Source: Laetmonice hystrix (lineage: Eukaryota). From it: a DNA stretch of 64,000 nucleotides. Positions within the stretch are counted from its first letter, which is position 1, and each line of letters begins with the position of its first letter. Location of the stretch: the NCBI GenBank assembly GCA_965235115.1, contig OZ249440.1, forward strand, positions 33,606,001 to 33,670,000, given 5' to 3'. The notes below the pieces were generated by a model. That model was not told the origin of the DNA. It made no database searches and saw only the letters and a list, made by a program, of their open reading frames with translations. The translations under genes were made by a program, and so were the position numbers. This document shows positions 34,480 through 48,765 of this stretch, piece after piece.

Positions 34480-37400
34480 CTTGGGATGTGGTGTGCTTTG
34501 GCTGTCATTGTATAGTCAACGTGAGAGGCCATCTGCCTTAGTGTTAGCCACTCCTTTCTTGTGCTCGATGGTGAATGTATACCCTTGTAGAATTAGTGCC
34601 CATCTGCATAACCTTGGGTTTTTGTGTTTGAAGTTCATTACATGTTTTAGTGCTTGGTGATCAGGGTCGATGTGAGAGGTATACGTGGAAGGCTTCTACG
34701 GCTGCCAAGCATTCCAGTTCGGATATTCCACATTTGTATTCTGCACTGTGTAGGTATCGTCCTCCATAGCATAACGGATATCTATAACTGACTTAAAACA
34801 TAGCCGATGGCATACTGGACGCGTCAGATGTTACTATGAAGTCTTGGTTGAGGTCCGGAAAAGCTAAGCCGGGGGGGGGGGGGGGTGTTTTGTAAGACTT
34901 TCCTTGAGTTTGCTAAATGCCAGGGAACATTCTTCTGTTCGGACGAATTCAATATTTTTTAAGCAAAGCTGTTATTGGTGCCGTAGTTGTACTGTATCCG
35001 TCAATGAAGCGCCTGTAGTAATTAGCAATTCCCAGAAATGATCTCACTTGTTTTGGTGTTTTGGGGACTGGAACGTCTGTTACTGCTTTGATCATCTCAG
35101 GGTTGGGCATGATTCCATTAAATAACAGGATATGACCTAGATAAGTGACCGCATTTGTAACAAAGCGACATTTTGTGGGTTTGGCTTTAAGGTTTGCATT
35201 CCTTAACCTATCGAAGACTTGCTCCAAATCTTTCATGTGTTGGCTCCAAATCTTTCATGTGTTGGTCCACGTCTGAGCTGAACACAATGATGTCGTCGAA
35301 AAATCCTGCCATAATTCTGTATACGAGTCCCCTGAAGACTTCAGAGACAAGTTTTTGGAAAGAGGTGCTAGCATTTCGCAACCCAATGGCATACCTTTCC
35401 AGGCATACTCTCCCTGTTGTGTCACGAATGCGGTTTTGTCTTTGCTGTCGGGATGGACTGGTATTTGCCAAAAAGCACCGGCCAGGTCTATGACTGTATA
35501 TATTTTGGCTTTTCTTTGCCCAATCGCATATGTCTTCCAAGCGGGGCATGGGGAAGCTCATTGGTTTGGTTACTGCATTGACATGTCTGTAGTCGACAGC
35601 AAAACAATAACCATCACGTTTTTTTACTAACACGACGGGTGATGTCCACTCTGAAGTTGAGGGTTCAATGAAGCCACACGCAAGCAATTCTTCGACTTGT
35701 TTATCTATTACTTCCCTTACCTTAGGAGAGGCCCTGTAGAATCGCTTTGCTTTGGGGGTGTGTCTATTGTGTGCGTCATGAGTTGTGTGCATCTGAGTGT
35801 TTAAGTAGAAATTGTCAGTCTATTCTTGTCATAGTCAGACAACTCAGGATTTTCAACGTCAGGATCAAATGCAGCATTGCCTTGTGTGTTATGTTGTGGC
35901 TGATGCTGAACGTCTGTTTCATCACTTTCTTCGGCTATAGTCATGACCTGAGCTGGGGACATGCGACGTGCAATTCCAATGGTTGACATACCTGGTATGC
36001 GAACGGATTTACTTGTGTTATTAACGTGTTAATTTGACACGTACTGCTGTTACTGAACGTGCTCGTATTTTTTCAGGTTTTGTGGTTCTGACCAAAGTCG
36101 CCTTATCTGATGGGCCTAGAGGTAGTGATATGGCTGTCCAGCGTTAATGTCCCATTCTCAAGGTTAACAATGGCTTTGTGTGCGGTCATGAAATCCATGC
36201 CTATTATTAGTGGTGACCTTGGAGCACGTGGAAGGGGTGACTGAATTCTGTGTTTTCTGCCTTGAATTTCAGGAGTATGAAGTCTAGCACCTTGTGTGTT
36301 TCTCCTTGCACACCTCTGACCGAGTTGTATGTGGACGTCACTTTTGTGTGATTTCTCAGATATTTTGTTGAACACATGTGCAGAAATACATGAAATTACT
36401 GCACCTGTGTCTATGAAGGCTCGAACTGATAGTTGGCCTATCTGTACAGGTAGTGCCTGGTCATACTCTTGGTTAGTAGTAGACATTAGGTCAGCTGTTG
36501 GACCTTCTGCTTCAAGACTTTGCCTGCCCTCACATGTCATTTGACATGAAGAAACAGGCGCGAATTCCTATGCGGAATATTGGTTGTTGGGTGGGATTTG
36601 GGTTCGGTTGTTGTAGGACTTCTGGTGGTGGGGTCGGGGTTGGTAATTCTGCTGAGGGTCGGGGTTGGTAATTCTGCTGAGGGTGGGTCTGGTAATTATA
36701 TTGTGGTTTGCCGAACGTTTTATGTCACATAAAGTACGAATGGTTTCTGTTTCCACAAGATCGACATTTGTGATCCCTGGCTAAACAATCCTTACCTCGT
36801 CTGCACTCGATTTGTCCACAATTGGTGCATATGTCTGTCTGTTGGTGCTGTTGAGTATAATTGTGTTGGTTGCGTCTGGGTTGTATCTGTTGGCTTGGAC
36901 CTTGGTGACGTGGTTGGTCCCGGTAGTTGTCTTCAGGGGGGTGTTTCACTAACAGCGACGGACAGTCCGACCGGACGACGGACCATGTCCGACCCAGTCG
37001 GACCGTCTGTGTTTTAAAAAAGTGTTTCACTAAACTGTCCGACCCGGTCGGACTGTCCAACTTTCTAGGACTACTCGGGAGTTGTCCTACACAGCGGTCG
37101 GACCAAAAAACATGGCGGACCATCTACTGTTTGATTCTCGACATGTCAACTTTGGCAGCCAATTTGCGAAATTCCGTCGTCCTTACTAATGTTTAAAGTG
37201 TACTCCTCCTGTCGTGAATGTTTTCATATTTGTATTCCTACCCTTATTAGATGAATCTGATAATTATAGCATGCACAGACATCGGTTGTTTACAAGTGAA
37301 CCGATATGCTGCAAGCATGTCGTTATGCCGGATTGACCCAATTAGATTGACGTTATCTTCTCAAACCTCAATATATGACCCGGAAGGAAAAAATTGACCT

Positions 37401-39560
37401 TGGGTCAGGACAACGTTAGCAACGTATCTGTGGCCGAAAAGTGACAGGTTTTATATCTATCAAATATATAAAATCGGCATCATACTGGCTAATAACGGAA
37501 GATCACACAATGAAAATCAGTGAGAACTATTGCCGAGTGAGAAGATGTCTCAAAACATCTTTTGTACGTCACAAACCGCCAGAATATATAAGTACAGTGG
37601 AAACCCACTTAGGCGGGCAGCCGTGGGTCTGGGCCTTTGGTGCCCGCATAGCGGGGTGGTCGTCTTACCGGGAATTAGGTCATTATGTCTTTGTGTTTTG
37701 AAAGCATCAACCACTACATGCTAATCGGCCCTGACTGTTATTAAATACATATGTACTTCGAGTGAGAAATTCATGAAAGTAGCAAAATATATATTTTTGG
37801 AAAAGCGTGGATTTATTATTACTGAATGGAACAACTGAACAGTACATGCACATGTAGTAAAACATGTTTAAAATGTAATAGGACTATAGGTATCTACATC
37901 TTTAAAAACATCTTCTACATTCCCGGATCACAGATTTTCTGACTCAAAATGCTCTATCATGTAGTTTGTACGCATATGTGTACAAAGTTCGTCAATTTAA
38001 GAATGTTTAAAGAAGCTGGCTAGAGTGGGTTGCACTGTACACCTGGTGAGGGTCTCGGTCAGGAAGTTGTCCTGGGTCATGAGGTGTGCAAGGGTCTGGC
38101 TGTATGTGGGTAAAAGCTGTTTATTTAATCATGTAGGCCGCATTGTGGGTTGCATAGTTTCTCTCACCTAAGAAAACTGACGATATGTGTTTATGGAAGT
38201 GGTCTCACTTTGATTGACAGGTCGCACCTAATCAGCACTAGGTGTGAACGGGCCAGGGTGGCGCTAGTACCAGCAGTATGAGGTGTGAGCGGCCAGAGTG
38301 GTCGCAAGACCGAGTTGAAAGAGGCCGGTTGGGACTGAAAACAGGCGCCCGCAAGGCGGGTTGCCCGCAATGCGAGTGCCCGTATTGCGGGTGTTTCACA
38401 AACATGAATATAGAAGAAAAAATTCGGGACTGGATCAAACTGCCCGTAATGACGTGTTGCCCGCTTCCCCGGGTTGGTCGCTTAAGTTCTGGGGAATGCA
38501 CGTTTGTTCGATGTGGTATTGTGACGTCACCCTTTGTCTATTGTTATGTCGGCATGGCAGCGTTGGAAAGTCCGACTCCGTCGGACCATGGTAGGATGAG
38601 CTTAGTGAAACACCCCCCTGGTTGTGACCATTGTCCCGTGGTGGATGATGTCATCTGGGCTGTTGATGGGGACGGCAAAGTTGACTTGAAGCTGCCCTAG
38701 TCAAAGATGCCACCTCAGTTCTCAGCTGATCAACTGATGTGAGGACTTCTTGGTTGAGCGTTGTGGTGCAAGCAACTAGGATGGCTACTTGCAGTGCCGC
38801 GCAATCAATTATTTGTTTCGGCATTCTAGGATTGGCTTGCCGAAAAAATTGCAAGAATTCCGGCCTGAGTCCACAATCTATGATCTGTCTGGACAATATT
38901 AGCATCGTCCAGATCCAAACCTTTTGCAGCCAGCACTACTTAATCTGGTAGCCAGTTTTCTAAACTTTAGTCCTCTGTTAGGGCGTGTTGGACCATTTAT
39001 CCAATATGCTTCAAATGCTGCTGACAGACGTGTGAAGCGCTCCTGGTTGGCCTTCGGCAACGTCCGGTTCCAGGTTTCCCCGTCGCCGGTAAACATGAAA
39101 CACGCTGCTGCTGCTGCTTGTCTGTCATTCTTGTTATTCCATGTTGTCATGGCTGTGACGTCATCCAGCCAGTCTTGGGGGTTGATAACTCCATCAAAAC
39201 TTTCGGGCATCATCGCCATCATCATAGGGTCGTCCGAGGAAGTGTCGGCTTCCTCCTGTGCTATTTCGTCTTCTTCCTCGTGGACGACTGGTGCCGGGTT
39301 GGGCACAGGGTGGGGCGGTACTATTGTTCTTCTAGTACCCTCTATTTGGGGTATGCCATTGGTTGCAGCCTGAGAGCGTGTTACTGCTGCTGGTCCTAGT
39401 GGCAATTTGGCTGACACTGCCCTTTGCATGGGGCCGACATGCCACATTAAAATAACTGAATTTTGATGATTTCGGCATTCACACCAAATGTGCACCAACA
39501 ACTGTCCACAGATACAAAACTGCTCACCGAGAATCAGTTGCCCCTGCTTTCCCAACCAAA
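34480..39560 (-). mobile_element. Decayed Gypsy element (gag, protease, RT, RNase H; integrase not seen)
   Basis: PESFDG..QDWL gag (38899-39555), AFIDTGAVISC protease, IEPSTSEWTSPVVLVKK/FFDDII RT, VRSFLGIANYYRRFI, HKKGVANTKADGLSR. Confidence 0.85.
36934..38620. mobile_element. Non-autonomous hAT-like DNA transposon inserted in Gypsy gag
   Basis: 19-bp TIR caggggggtgtttcactaa / ttagtgaaacacccccctg, subterminal gtccgac/gtcggac repeats. Flanks gttgtctt / gttgtgac give only a partial TSD. Confidence 0.8.
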
Positions 39561-41344
39561 GTTAGGCAAAAAAAAATAAAAACCAGGGCCTGGCCTCAAA
39601 GTTGCCTCTGGCTTGGCCATCAATAAAGCCAGATCCACATACTGACCTTCCCAGATCTTTGTCCTCAGGCTAATTGGAATTCCCGGAACTGTGGAGGCAT
39701 CCCCCGACGATCCCGACCGGCTTGGGCCTGCAACAATTCTGTCTCCTGTTCCGGAGGAGCCCCTGCTGTCGCAGGAAGACCCAACGGGACCGGATTGGGG
39801 AGAAAACTCAGACGCCCCGGATTATCTTCTTGGCCCACCATGACTTGTACGGCTGGGGCCTGACCGGCCGCCCCTCCTCCAACCGCAACTCACCAACTGC
39901 ATTACCCTGCCTCGCTTGCCCATGCAACTGCATAAAGGCTGTCATAGCCTGTGATACCCCGTTCTCCACTGCTTGCGCTATGCCCTGAAGAATAGAGTTT
40001 GCTAGGTCGTCTTCTGCCCCATTACGTGCAGCAGCAGCTGGTGGCGTGTCTCCCACATCGAAAGCTGGCAAACCCAGTTCCCCAGCTGGCCATCAAGCGG
40101 GGCGACCTCCTCTGGGTGTACCGACTGGCCGGGCTGGAGCCGGAGCCACTGCCTGGAACGGCCACCGGGGTGCTAGAGCTGGGCGATCAGGCGTTCCAGG
40201 AACTAGCCCACGACGGCCTTGGCGCCTTCCCCCAGCTCTTCTTCCCCGGGGAGAAGGTGATGGACTCGGGGCAGGCCCTGGCACAGCCCTCACCACGTCC
40301 TCACCGTCCCCCTAACTTGGCAACTCGGGCCCCCCGTCCAGGCGATGCTCCAACCCTAATACACACAACACAACATAAAGATCTTTAAGCACACAAGTTT
40401 CCTATTTCTTAACACATTCATAGCATCATTTTGACCAGGGCATGCTACCCGCTCTACATTCCGTAAACCACGGGCACGCCTATACCGCCCGACTGAGGGA
40501 GCGTGCCATCCTAATCGGAACAGATCTGATGATTGCCTCTACTGTTTAAGTGGACCCTATCTCTGGCCAGAAGGTCCAGCGCCTGCACAGTCCGGGGATG
40601 ACGCCAGTACTCAATGGATGGCTCCGAACCTAGGCCCCCTTCAAGTTAACCGAACGGTGAATCCGAAAATCTTCTGGGGGTATTCTGTCACCGACCGAGG
40701 ATAGCTCGTCCTGTCGAAAGCAGAGCAACAGACTACACGGCAGACCCTGTACTCGTCCCTTGCTCTCCGGGCCAGCACTAGCAAATGGTCCACCACATCG
40801 ACAGCCCGGCAGCTCAGGGTCAAGTCGCCCCCATCATGATTATCAGTATATGTGGCTGGCCAAAATTCTGTGACCGCCCTTCATCCACTATGTAGCCCTC
40901 CAGCCGTCTCACATAGGAATCTCCCACCAGGAGGGCCCGCATCCTGAACAACTCACCGGGCATCACTCACTCCTTTCTGAAGAGATGGATACAACACATC
41001 TAACACTCTGGCAAAACTGGGGGAAGGGGATATCTCTAGGAATGCAAGTTACAATTTTCCCATGTGTATCCTGGGGTACCAAACCCATAGTGTGGCAAGC
41101 ACCAAAACCATCTTGGTGACCACAACAACAATAACTCCTCCCCCCTTCCCGCAACGGTACTGATCATATCAAGCAGGAATGCTGTCTCTATTATTACCCA
41201 AGAACCCCAAACATTTAGGAAAAACCACATACAAGCTGCAATTGGCCCACAAGCTGCAATTGGCCCACGTGTATCACGAGGTACTGAACCCGAAGTGCGG
41301 CGACAGGAAGCATGGCCCCGGTGTACTTGGACAGGCGTGAATAC

Positions 41345-41600
41345 CTGGTCCTGGTACCTGAGGACGGTGAATTGCTGCGGCTTTTTACAGGTCCAACGCG
41401 GTGCTTTGGCTCCTACTTCACCTAGACGGGAGGTTGGAGAGGCCTGTTCCAATCAATCGGCTGGTCACGCCTTGCCCTAGGATTTTATATATTGAGTAAG
41501 CTTGACAATGGCATCAAACAATCCCCCCAAAATAAAACTACTGAAACTAGGTGCTTTCTAAAGGTAAAGGTGGATCCCTACATCCCAAATCCTCTGCGTC
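41345..41600 (+). mobile_element. Spliced-together fragments of the I/Nimb LINE 5' UTR and ORF1
   Basis: ggtcctggtacctgaggacggtgaattgc..., atggcatcaaacaatccccc and gatccctacatcccaaatcctctgcg match 598-730, 961-993 and ~1480-1523. Confidence 0.85.
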
Positions 41601-42754
41601 ATGCAATTTAGCATGAGTTAACCTTTGAGTAGACTTCGTGTAGTGCTTTTTCATTTATATTTGATAAATTGTTACCTAGATGCATGTCCGTTTATTGCAT
41701 ATAATATATTTCTTATCCACTACTGAAGGGCTATCAATTGTTTCAAAGAAGACCACTTTAATTTTTGTTGCCTATTGCATGAGTCATAGGTACCATGAAT
41801 CCACATTTTTGGTTATTGACTTTCAGGAAACCCTGCAACCGATGAAGAAAGGGGGTCGAATGCAAGAAGCAGAGGTGACCTTCGTGATCCAACACTGTGC
41901 AGATCTTGTAGTAAAGGGAGTGTAACTCTGGACAATGTAAGAGCAAAACGCGAAGAAGACACAAACATAAACACATTCATGAAGATTAAGTGGCCTGATC
42001 TTACCACGCCAATGAAGGATAGGCGACTAAGAGACATTCTTAGAAACTATGGCGCATCAAAAGATAAAAAAAAACGTGCAAAAAAATTGTTGAATGACAG
42101 AGAGTAGTGGCATGCATGTGCCAATCCCACATATTTGTGTTTACATCTACAGTTGAACCTCGTTATAAAGTACCCCTTAAATGTATAAATGCTATGGCCA
42201 AATGGTGTTGTAGACACAACAATTATTGGAAGAGGGGCGAGAGAGTAATCTAACATAGTGAGAGTAACACTAATTCGGGACTTCGAGGTTCATACATTGT
42301 AGGGGTGTAAACATTATAAACAGGCTACATTGTAATGAGGTTTGACTGTACTAGTACAGTCAAACGCTAGTTAGCTTTTACAGAAGAGTTTTGTTCTGTT
42401 GAGGCCTTTCGGTTTTACTGTTACTGTATTTAAGAAGTCTTGTGATGATGTCAAATTATGTCAGAGGGGCGAAAACCAGTATTTTACTGTACTCCTGATT
42501 CTAGGCACTATAGTCTGTTTGATTCATTAGATTATGCTTCAGTTTTTTTCATAGATTTGTTAGAAATATCAGTTAATATCAGTTAATTGCGTGATTAACC
42601 AGCACCAAACATTCTAATGTTGCAGGATTGCAAGTGTCACAACGAGGTAAATGATCCAAATAGAACAATGTAGCTGGCTTTTGTGGTTCATAATAAGAGA
42701 AGGAATGGCATAAGGAAAAGAACGGGGTAGTAAAATGCTTTTCTTTTCATCTCG

Positions 42755-43040
42755 TGAGTTTTCGTCCCATAGATTTCTCATGGAGGGATCTGAATAAAAG
42801 GACCACTTTTTAGCATGGTGTAGTGAGGTTTGGGATAGACGAGTAGTCAGCGCAAAAAGAGCATTCTTTACAAAAAGACCACTGGACCTTACAAAAAGAC
42901 CATTATTCAAACAAAAGGGCCACAAATGGTCCTTTCTCATGGAGGGTTCTGAATAAAAGGACCACTTTTTAGCATGGTGTAGAGAGGTTTGGAATAGCCG
43001 AGTGGTCAACGCAAAAAGTGCATTCCTTACAAAAAGACCA
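42755..43040. repeat. Local tandem duplication (~160 bp)
   Basis: tttctcatggaggg...gaccactttttagcatggtgtag...ttacaaaaagacca occurs twice. Confidence 0.8.
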
Positions 43041-43041
43041 T

Positions 43042-43165
43042 GGGCAATGAGCAAGCCGACAGAACTGCCAAGAGGGCTCTCAATACAGACGTCGATCCAT
43101 GTCCAGTCCCAGCCTCAGACCTCAGACCTGCCATCTGGGCTTACGAACAAATGGCAGGCTGAATT
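43042..43165 (+). mobile_element. Short RNase H-region fragment of the I/Nimb LINE
   Basis: gggcaatgagcaagc.gacagaactgccaagagggctct...aaatggcaggctgaat matches 10394-10521. Confidence 0.8.
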
Positions 43166-44378
43166 TACAGTTGGAGATAATGCCAAAAGTGAATCGCAAT
43201 GGGTAAGATGGCGGCCATATTGGATTTATGCAAATGAGGGGTGGACCAATTAGAATATGTATCACTGCATAAATATGATTTAGAATTAGACACAAAATCA
43301 TATTTAGTTGACACTAAATGTGATTTAGAATTAGGTATAAGTGCTTTGGAAAAAGACTGGAATACTGTTGTTACGTCATGTGCACATGCTAGACTGAGTC
43401 TGACAAGTAGACCTTACATTTTTGGTTTATCTATTCGCACATCAGGAATTTTCTTGAATAGTCCTTTGGTTGATAGGTTTCTCAAAATATAAAATGGAAA
43501 CCCATTTTGGAAAAAACACATTAGAGGAATGTTGTTACTGTACCCTAACCAGGGTTGGGTTTTTTTTACCGTAAAAAAAGGTCTTTTTTACATTACACTG
43601 TAAAAAACCTGTAAAAAAACGTTTAAAAACTGTAAAAAAATTCCATGGTTTATACTTGCATATTCCTTGACCTTCCGTTTATTCCTTATATGTCATTCCG
43701 ATAGCACTGATAAGATGTGTACACTGATAAACTGCACAACTGGCCAGTTTTCTAGCTATGACAGGAAACAGGATATAGTTCATGTGGAGATAAAAGTAAA
43801 AAGAACTTCAAAGAAGGAACTCTGGATTAGGCCATTTAGATAAATTCATTATGCCTGACTAGATAAGGGTACAAGTCAACCCTGACCCTAACATCAGAGT
43901 ATGTGAACACCGTGGGACCGACGGCCCGAGACCCGCTAAAAACCCGTCGGTCCGACAGACCTTCCCATTTAGCAGGCCCGATTGTCCCGCACACATTTGG
44001 CTGTTATGTTCCCAAGTAGAGACAGTATTGGCTCTAAAAATCACTTCGTTTTAGAGTAGTTAGCTCTACCAGTAGGCCTACTCCTGATCTATCAATCATT
44101 CTATGTCACCACGACCGGGACCGCGCCATTTTTGTTTGAAACCAATGCGCATTCTCGCTGCGCAGCATGACGACGGCAATACCAGCAGATGGCGCTGCTG
44201 GCAGTGGGACTGTGGATAACTGGCAGCAGGTGGCGCCAGAGATCATGTCAGCCTCTCTGCCAGAGGAAAGTGCCCCCTACTGGCGCAATCAGGAACCCAC
44301 CTAGGAATGTACGTCATCACGTTCCCGCCAAACTAAGTCGCCAAACATTCAAACGTGAGATTCAGTGGAGATAAGAAG

Positions 44379-44590
44379 ATGTGGTCAAAGCTACGTTACA
44401 CAAGTGGCAGCCAGCCAGGAAAGGCTCAACTTGTGAAGAAAACGCCAAGTGAGGAGGAGAAGCTGGCACATAGGCAGAAATATGAGACTGATGTCAGAAA
44501 GAGACATTTCATGCAGGCTTGGACGAGTGGGAGGCCCTGGCTCCAATACTCAAGTACAAAAAAAACGAGATGACTTGCACCATTTGCACC
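44379..44590 (+). pseudogene. N-terminal TTF-type zinc-finger fragment of a hAT-family transposase
   Basis: KYETDVRKRHFMQAWTSGRPWLQYS...MTCTIC (frameshifted). Confidence 0.5.
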
Positions 44591-45269
44591 AGCATAATAA
44601 AGACGTGTTATATTCATGAGCATGCGTTTTTGTGTAATTTTTGAGCATGCGTTTTTGTGTAATTTTTGAAAAGTGACGTATTTCAGTAGGTCAGACAGAA
44701 CTCTGGTAGGTCCCCCAGACTTGTTACTTCTGCAGGACCGCAGGTCCTGCAGAAATTTTGGCACTTTCACAAACTCTGTAACATCAGACAGTGTTTGGTC
44801 ATTGGCGCTTAACAGCGTGGGGAAGGGGTCTAACTATTGTTTGTGCTGGATGGAGTTGGGGGCTTCACTGGCCTGGCGGGTGGGGGCACATCACGTAATC
44901 AACAGCCGGCAATGGCCTGCCATGGTCAGTTGTGGAGTCGGCCTTACAAGGCCACATGTTTTGACACTTCATGGTTATGCAGTTATCACTTGTAATGACC
45001 TGCATGAACTTCCTGCACACCCAAGTTCCCAAAATTATATTTTTATCTGTACCTTTCTCAAGCAATCTACTTGAAGTATCATTTTCAGGGGAAAAACTAC
45101 CCCAGATTCATATATTGTTCACTGAAAAAAGATGTATTATTAGCTGAATTCAGGAAATTCTTGCTTTTTTTGGTGCAATAATCTTCAGTGGCCAACTTTG
45201 CTTTCCTCAACCCATGAATGTTTGTTCATGCTATTTAATTGTGTTTTTTTTTTTGCTTCTGCGTGCCCA

Positions 45270-46885
45270 TCCAGCTGTCCATGCTGATTTCCTGGCTAAG
45301 AGGTCAACTGTGCCCACCAGTAACATAAGCCAACCTTCCCTGGTAAAGTTTGTGAACACCAGATCCAAGTACACCAGTCATGATCGCTTACAACATAATA
45401 TTACGGATGCTCTTGGCATGTTTGTTGCTGGCGATTTACTCCCCTTGTCTCTTGTGGAAAGTCCCCGTTTCCATACCCTCATGGAGAGGGCCGACCCATG
45501 CTACAGTCCCAAGCCGTAAACATTTGTCAACCAAGCTTCTGAGTGACAAGGCTTCCTCAGTACAGGCATCTCTTATGCAGAAGCTTCACGCTACAGAGAG
45601 TATATGTCTGACCATAGACCTATGGAGCAACCGCCAGATGAGAGGGTTCATTGGAATAACAGGACACTTCAGAATATCTATGAACACTACATGGAGACCG
45701 TCAGTGCATTTGACATTGGCTCTAAAGTCACCAATATTATTACGGACAACGCAGCTAATATAACAAAGGCCTTCGCATTTGATTTGCCAGGTACAAAAAG
45801 AAATATTTGCTGAGGAGGACAAAGAGACTGGTGAGGAAAAGGAGCCTGATAGTGCTGAGTGCACCGCAGTGGATAACTATATGCCAGTCTTCCACCTGAG
45901 CGCAACAGTTGTTTCATTCACACTCTCCAGTTGGTTGTGCGAGATGGTGTGAATGCGGCGGAGCACCAGATCAGCCGTACTGCTAAGATTGTAGCTTACA
46001 TCAGGAAGTCTTCAAAAGCTTGTGACATTCTGGAAGGGGAGAAGAGAGTCCAGACAGCTTCTTGCACTAGGTGGAACTCTGAGCTCCGAATGATTCGGTC
46101 CATTCTCAACCTCCCAGCAGAGAAATTGGACAAGATAGACAAAGTTGACAAACTGAAGGAATATGAGCGTATCACACTAAATGATGTTATTGAAATCCTC
46201 AAGCCATTCGAGGATGCTACCCACCGTGTTCAGCAGGAGAACAGCTGGATTCGTAGTACCATGTGTCAGAGGACTAAGACACAAGCTGAACACACTTTCC
46301 AGTCAGTTTTCCAGTAAGCTGGTTTCCTCGCTGAAGCAGTCACTAGAGAAACGTCTCACAGTGTTTGAGCGCAATGACCTGTACACAATGGCAGCTGTGT
46401 TAGATCCTCGATTTAAGCTGGGGTGGTGTTCCAGTGTTGATGAACGTGTAGCCGTCAAGGACAAGCTGTTGATGCTGGTTTCAGCCACCTCCATGAAGTC
46501 CCCAGAACCAGATCAACATGATCCACCACCTTCAAAGCGGCAGCGTGTGCACCAAGAATCAGACCTGTTTGATTTCATGGACATGTCACAGTTGTCTGCC
46601 ACGCACACAAGTGAAAGTGATGTTTTGCAAGAGGTCTCTGAGTACCTATCCCAGCCCTGTACAGACACACAGAGTGATGGCCTGGAGTACTGGAAGGCAC
46701 AACAGTGCAACTTCCCAAGGCTTGCACAACTGGCTTCCAGATATCTGAGTGTGCCTGCCTCCTCTGCTCCTGTAGAAAGACTTTTTTCCATTGCAGGCAA
46801 GATCTTTAGCCCTGAACGCTGTTCCCTGAAAGACTCGACTTTTGAAATGTCAATGTTCATTCGGGGTAACTGCACAACTGTTTGA
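45270..46885 (+). pseudogene. hAT (Ac/ZBED-like) transposase, frameshifted and internally deleted
   Basis: LLPLSLVESPRF, CLTIDLWS, IITDNAANI, CFIHTLQL, TRWNS, LDPRFK, and the hATC dimerisation motif FPRLAQLASRYLSVPASSAPVERLFSIAG. Confidence 0.92.
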
Positions 46886-47304
46886 GAATTTACCCATGTC
46901 CATGTCATTTCGTGCAATTCTTTGAGACTTTGACCCTGAACTTTGTTCCCTGGAAGAATCAACTATGATAATTGCTGAGGCTATTTAAATTTATTGCGAC
47001 CATGTAAATGTACACGAATTCAAATCAATGGGTGTCGAAAGATTCACAAAGTCCATGTCAGTTTGGGCAACCCGTTGACCTAATCATTCTACAGTATTAA
47101 TATTTTATACTTCAAAATGATGGTTGATATAACTTTCTCTGCCTAATTCTTCATTTTTCCTAATGTTAAATATCATTGTTAAATGTCAAACCAATAAATG
47201 TTGAGCTAATAAAATGTTCTATAAGATGCCTTTGTTATTAGTTCTTTTGAACTTGCATTTAATCAACAAAAAAACATGCAATTGACAGATATGTGATATT
47301 GTAT

Positions 47305-47449
47305 GTACTTGTACTCGTACTCAAGTACTCTTCATGGTACTCATACTCGTACTCGAGTACCCAAGGCAAATCAAGTACTCGTACTTGTACTCACTTTTCA
47401 GCAAGTACTCGTACTCTAGTACAGAGGCATGTACTCGACCCCAGGTGTG
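47305..47449 (+). repeat. hAT 3' terminus with GTACTC subterminal repeats
   Basis: Dense gtactc/gtactt hexamers ending gaccccaggtgtg, directly abutting LINE copy 2. Confidence 0.75.
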
Positions 47450-47453
47450 GACC

Positions 47454-48765
47454 GTGGAAGCAGATATTGCTCCACCAATTTGCGTGCCTCTGGGAAACTA
47501 AGTTTTCTCTCTGTTTTAACCATCAGGATTTCTTTCTCCTTTTTCCACACGGAACATTCGCGTGAAGCAGTAGAATGACCTTGCCCATAGTTGGCACATT
47601 TGGGAGGCTTTTCACAGCTTGTATGGTCATGTCCTGTTTCAGCGCACTGAGAACATTTTTGTTCATTTCTACACGAGTCGGTCCCATGCCCAAACCTCTG
47701 GCACTTAAAGCAACGCAGAGGATTTGGGATATAGGGATCGACTTTTACCTTTAAAAAGCCAATCTCGAGATCATTTGGTAGAGTGGGCCTGTCGAATGTC
47801 AGAAAATATGTGTGTGTCTTGATTTGTGTTACCATCTCGTTTCACTATCAATCTTTTGACTTCCGACAGACCTTGCCAGCTCAACCCAGCAAGGATCTCC
47901 TGTTCAGTTGTCGTGTCAAGAGAGTTTGTTCTAATAACACCCTTGCTGGAGTTGAGCGTCCAGTGACGAGAGGCCTTAATACTGTAACCTGCGAGCACTG
48001 TGGCACTCAGCAGGTTTGCAGATTGGGCCTTCGTGGCACACTCTACCAACAGTTGGCCAGACCTCAAACGTTTACAATCTTTGACTGTTCCAGCTATCCC
48101 CAATATGCCTTTATGTATGGCAAAAGGGGATAGCTTAGATATTGGTCGTTCAGCTTCTGCCGATTCAACAATGATGAAACGAGGCCATTCCGTCAAATGT
48201 TCATTCTCCATAGACCGGTCCGAGTCAGAGTCCGTTAGTTTCAGTAGTTTTCTTTTCGGGGGATTGTTTGATGCCATGTTTGTGTTAGTTTCACCAACCC
48301 TATTCCCCACCCTCCACGGAGCCGAACAAGGGGAAGTGCAGAGCTGCGGTAACCAGCAGTTGCAAACCAAGGATATAGGGTTGGTATACTCAAGCAATGG
48401 AACGAAAGAGGGTGTTGCCATTACTTGACTGACCCTAAGCCACCGCCTTCTAGGAATAAAGAAGAAATAGTTACGATAGATGTTGCCTATTGTATAAGAG
48501 AACTAAATTCACTGTAAAGCGTACTCAATACAAAAAATCCTAGGGCAAGGCGTGACCAGCCGATTGATTGGATCAGGCCTCTCCAACCTCCCGTCTTGGT
48601 GAAGTAGGAGCCAAAGCACCGTGTTGGACCTGTGAAAAGCCGCAGCAATTCACCGTCCTCAGGTACCAGGACCTCTTCCTCCACCGACACGAGTCGCCCC
48701 ATTTATTCGCCTCTTACGAACAGCCAGGGGGGCTGGGGAACATTCTTACCCCGGTCCCCACGGGG
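47454..48765 (-). mobile_element. 5' portion (UTR plus most of ORF1) of a second I/Nimb LINE copy
   Basis: Highly similar to 509-1780, with its own frameshift near 47825. Truncated at the hAT end. Confidence 0.95.

Noticed and set aside
43754..43771. Resemblance to the M13 reverse primer (agctatgacaggaaacag)
   Set aside because: The halves are in permuted order and there is no other vector sequence; treated as coincidence.
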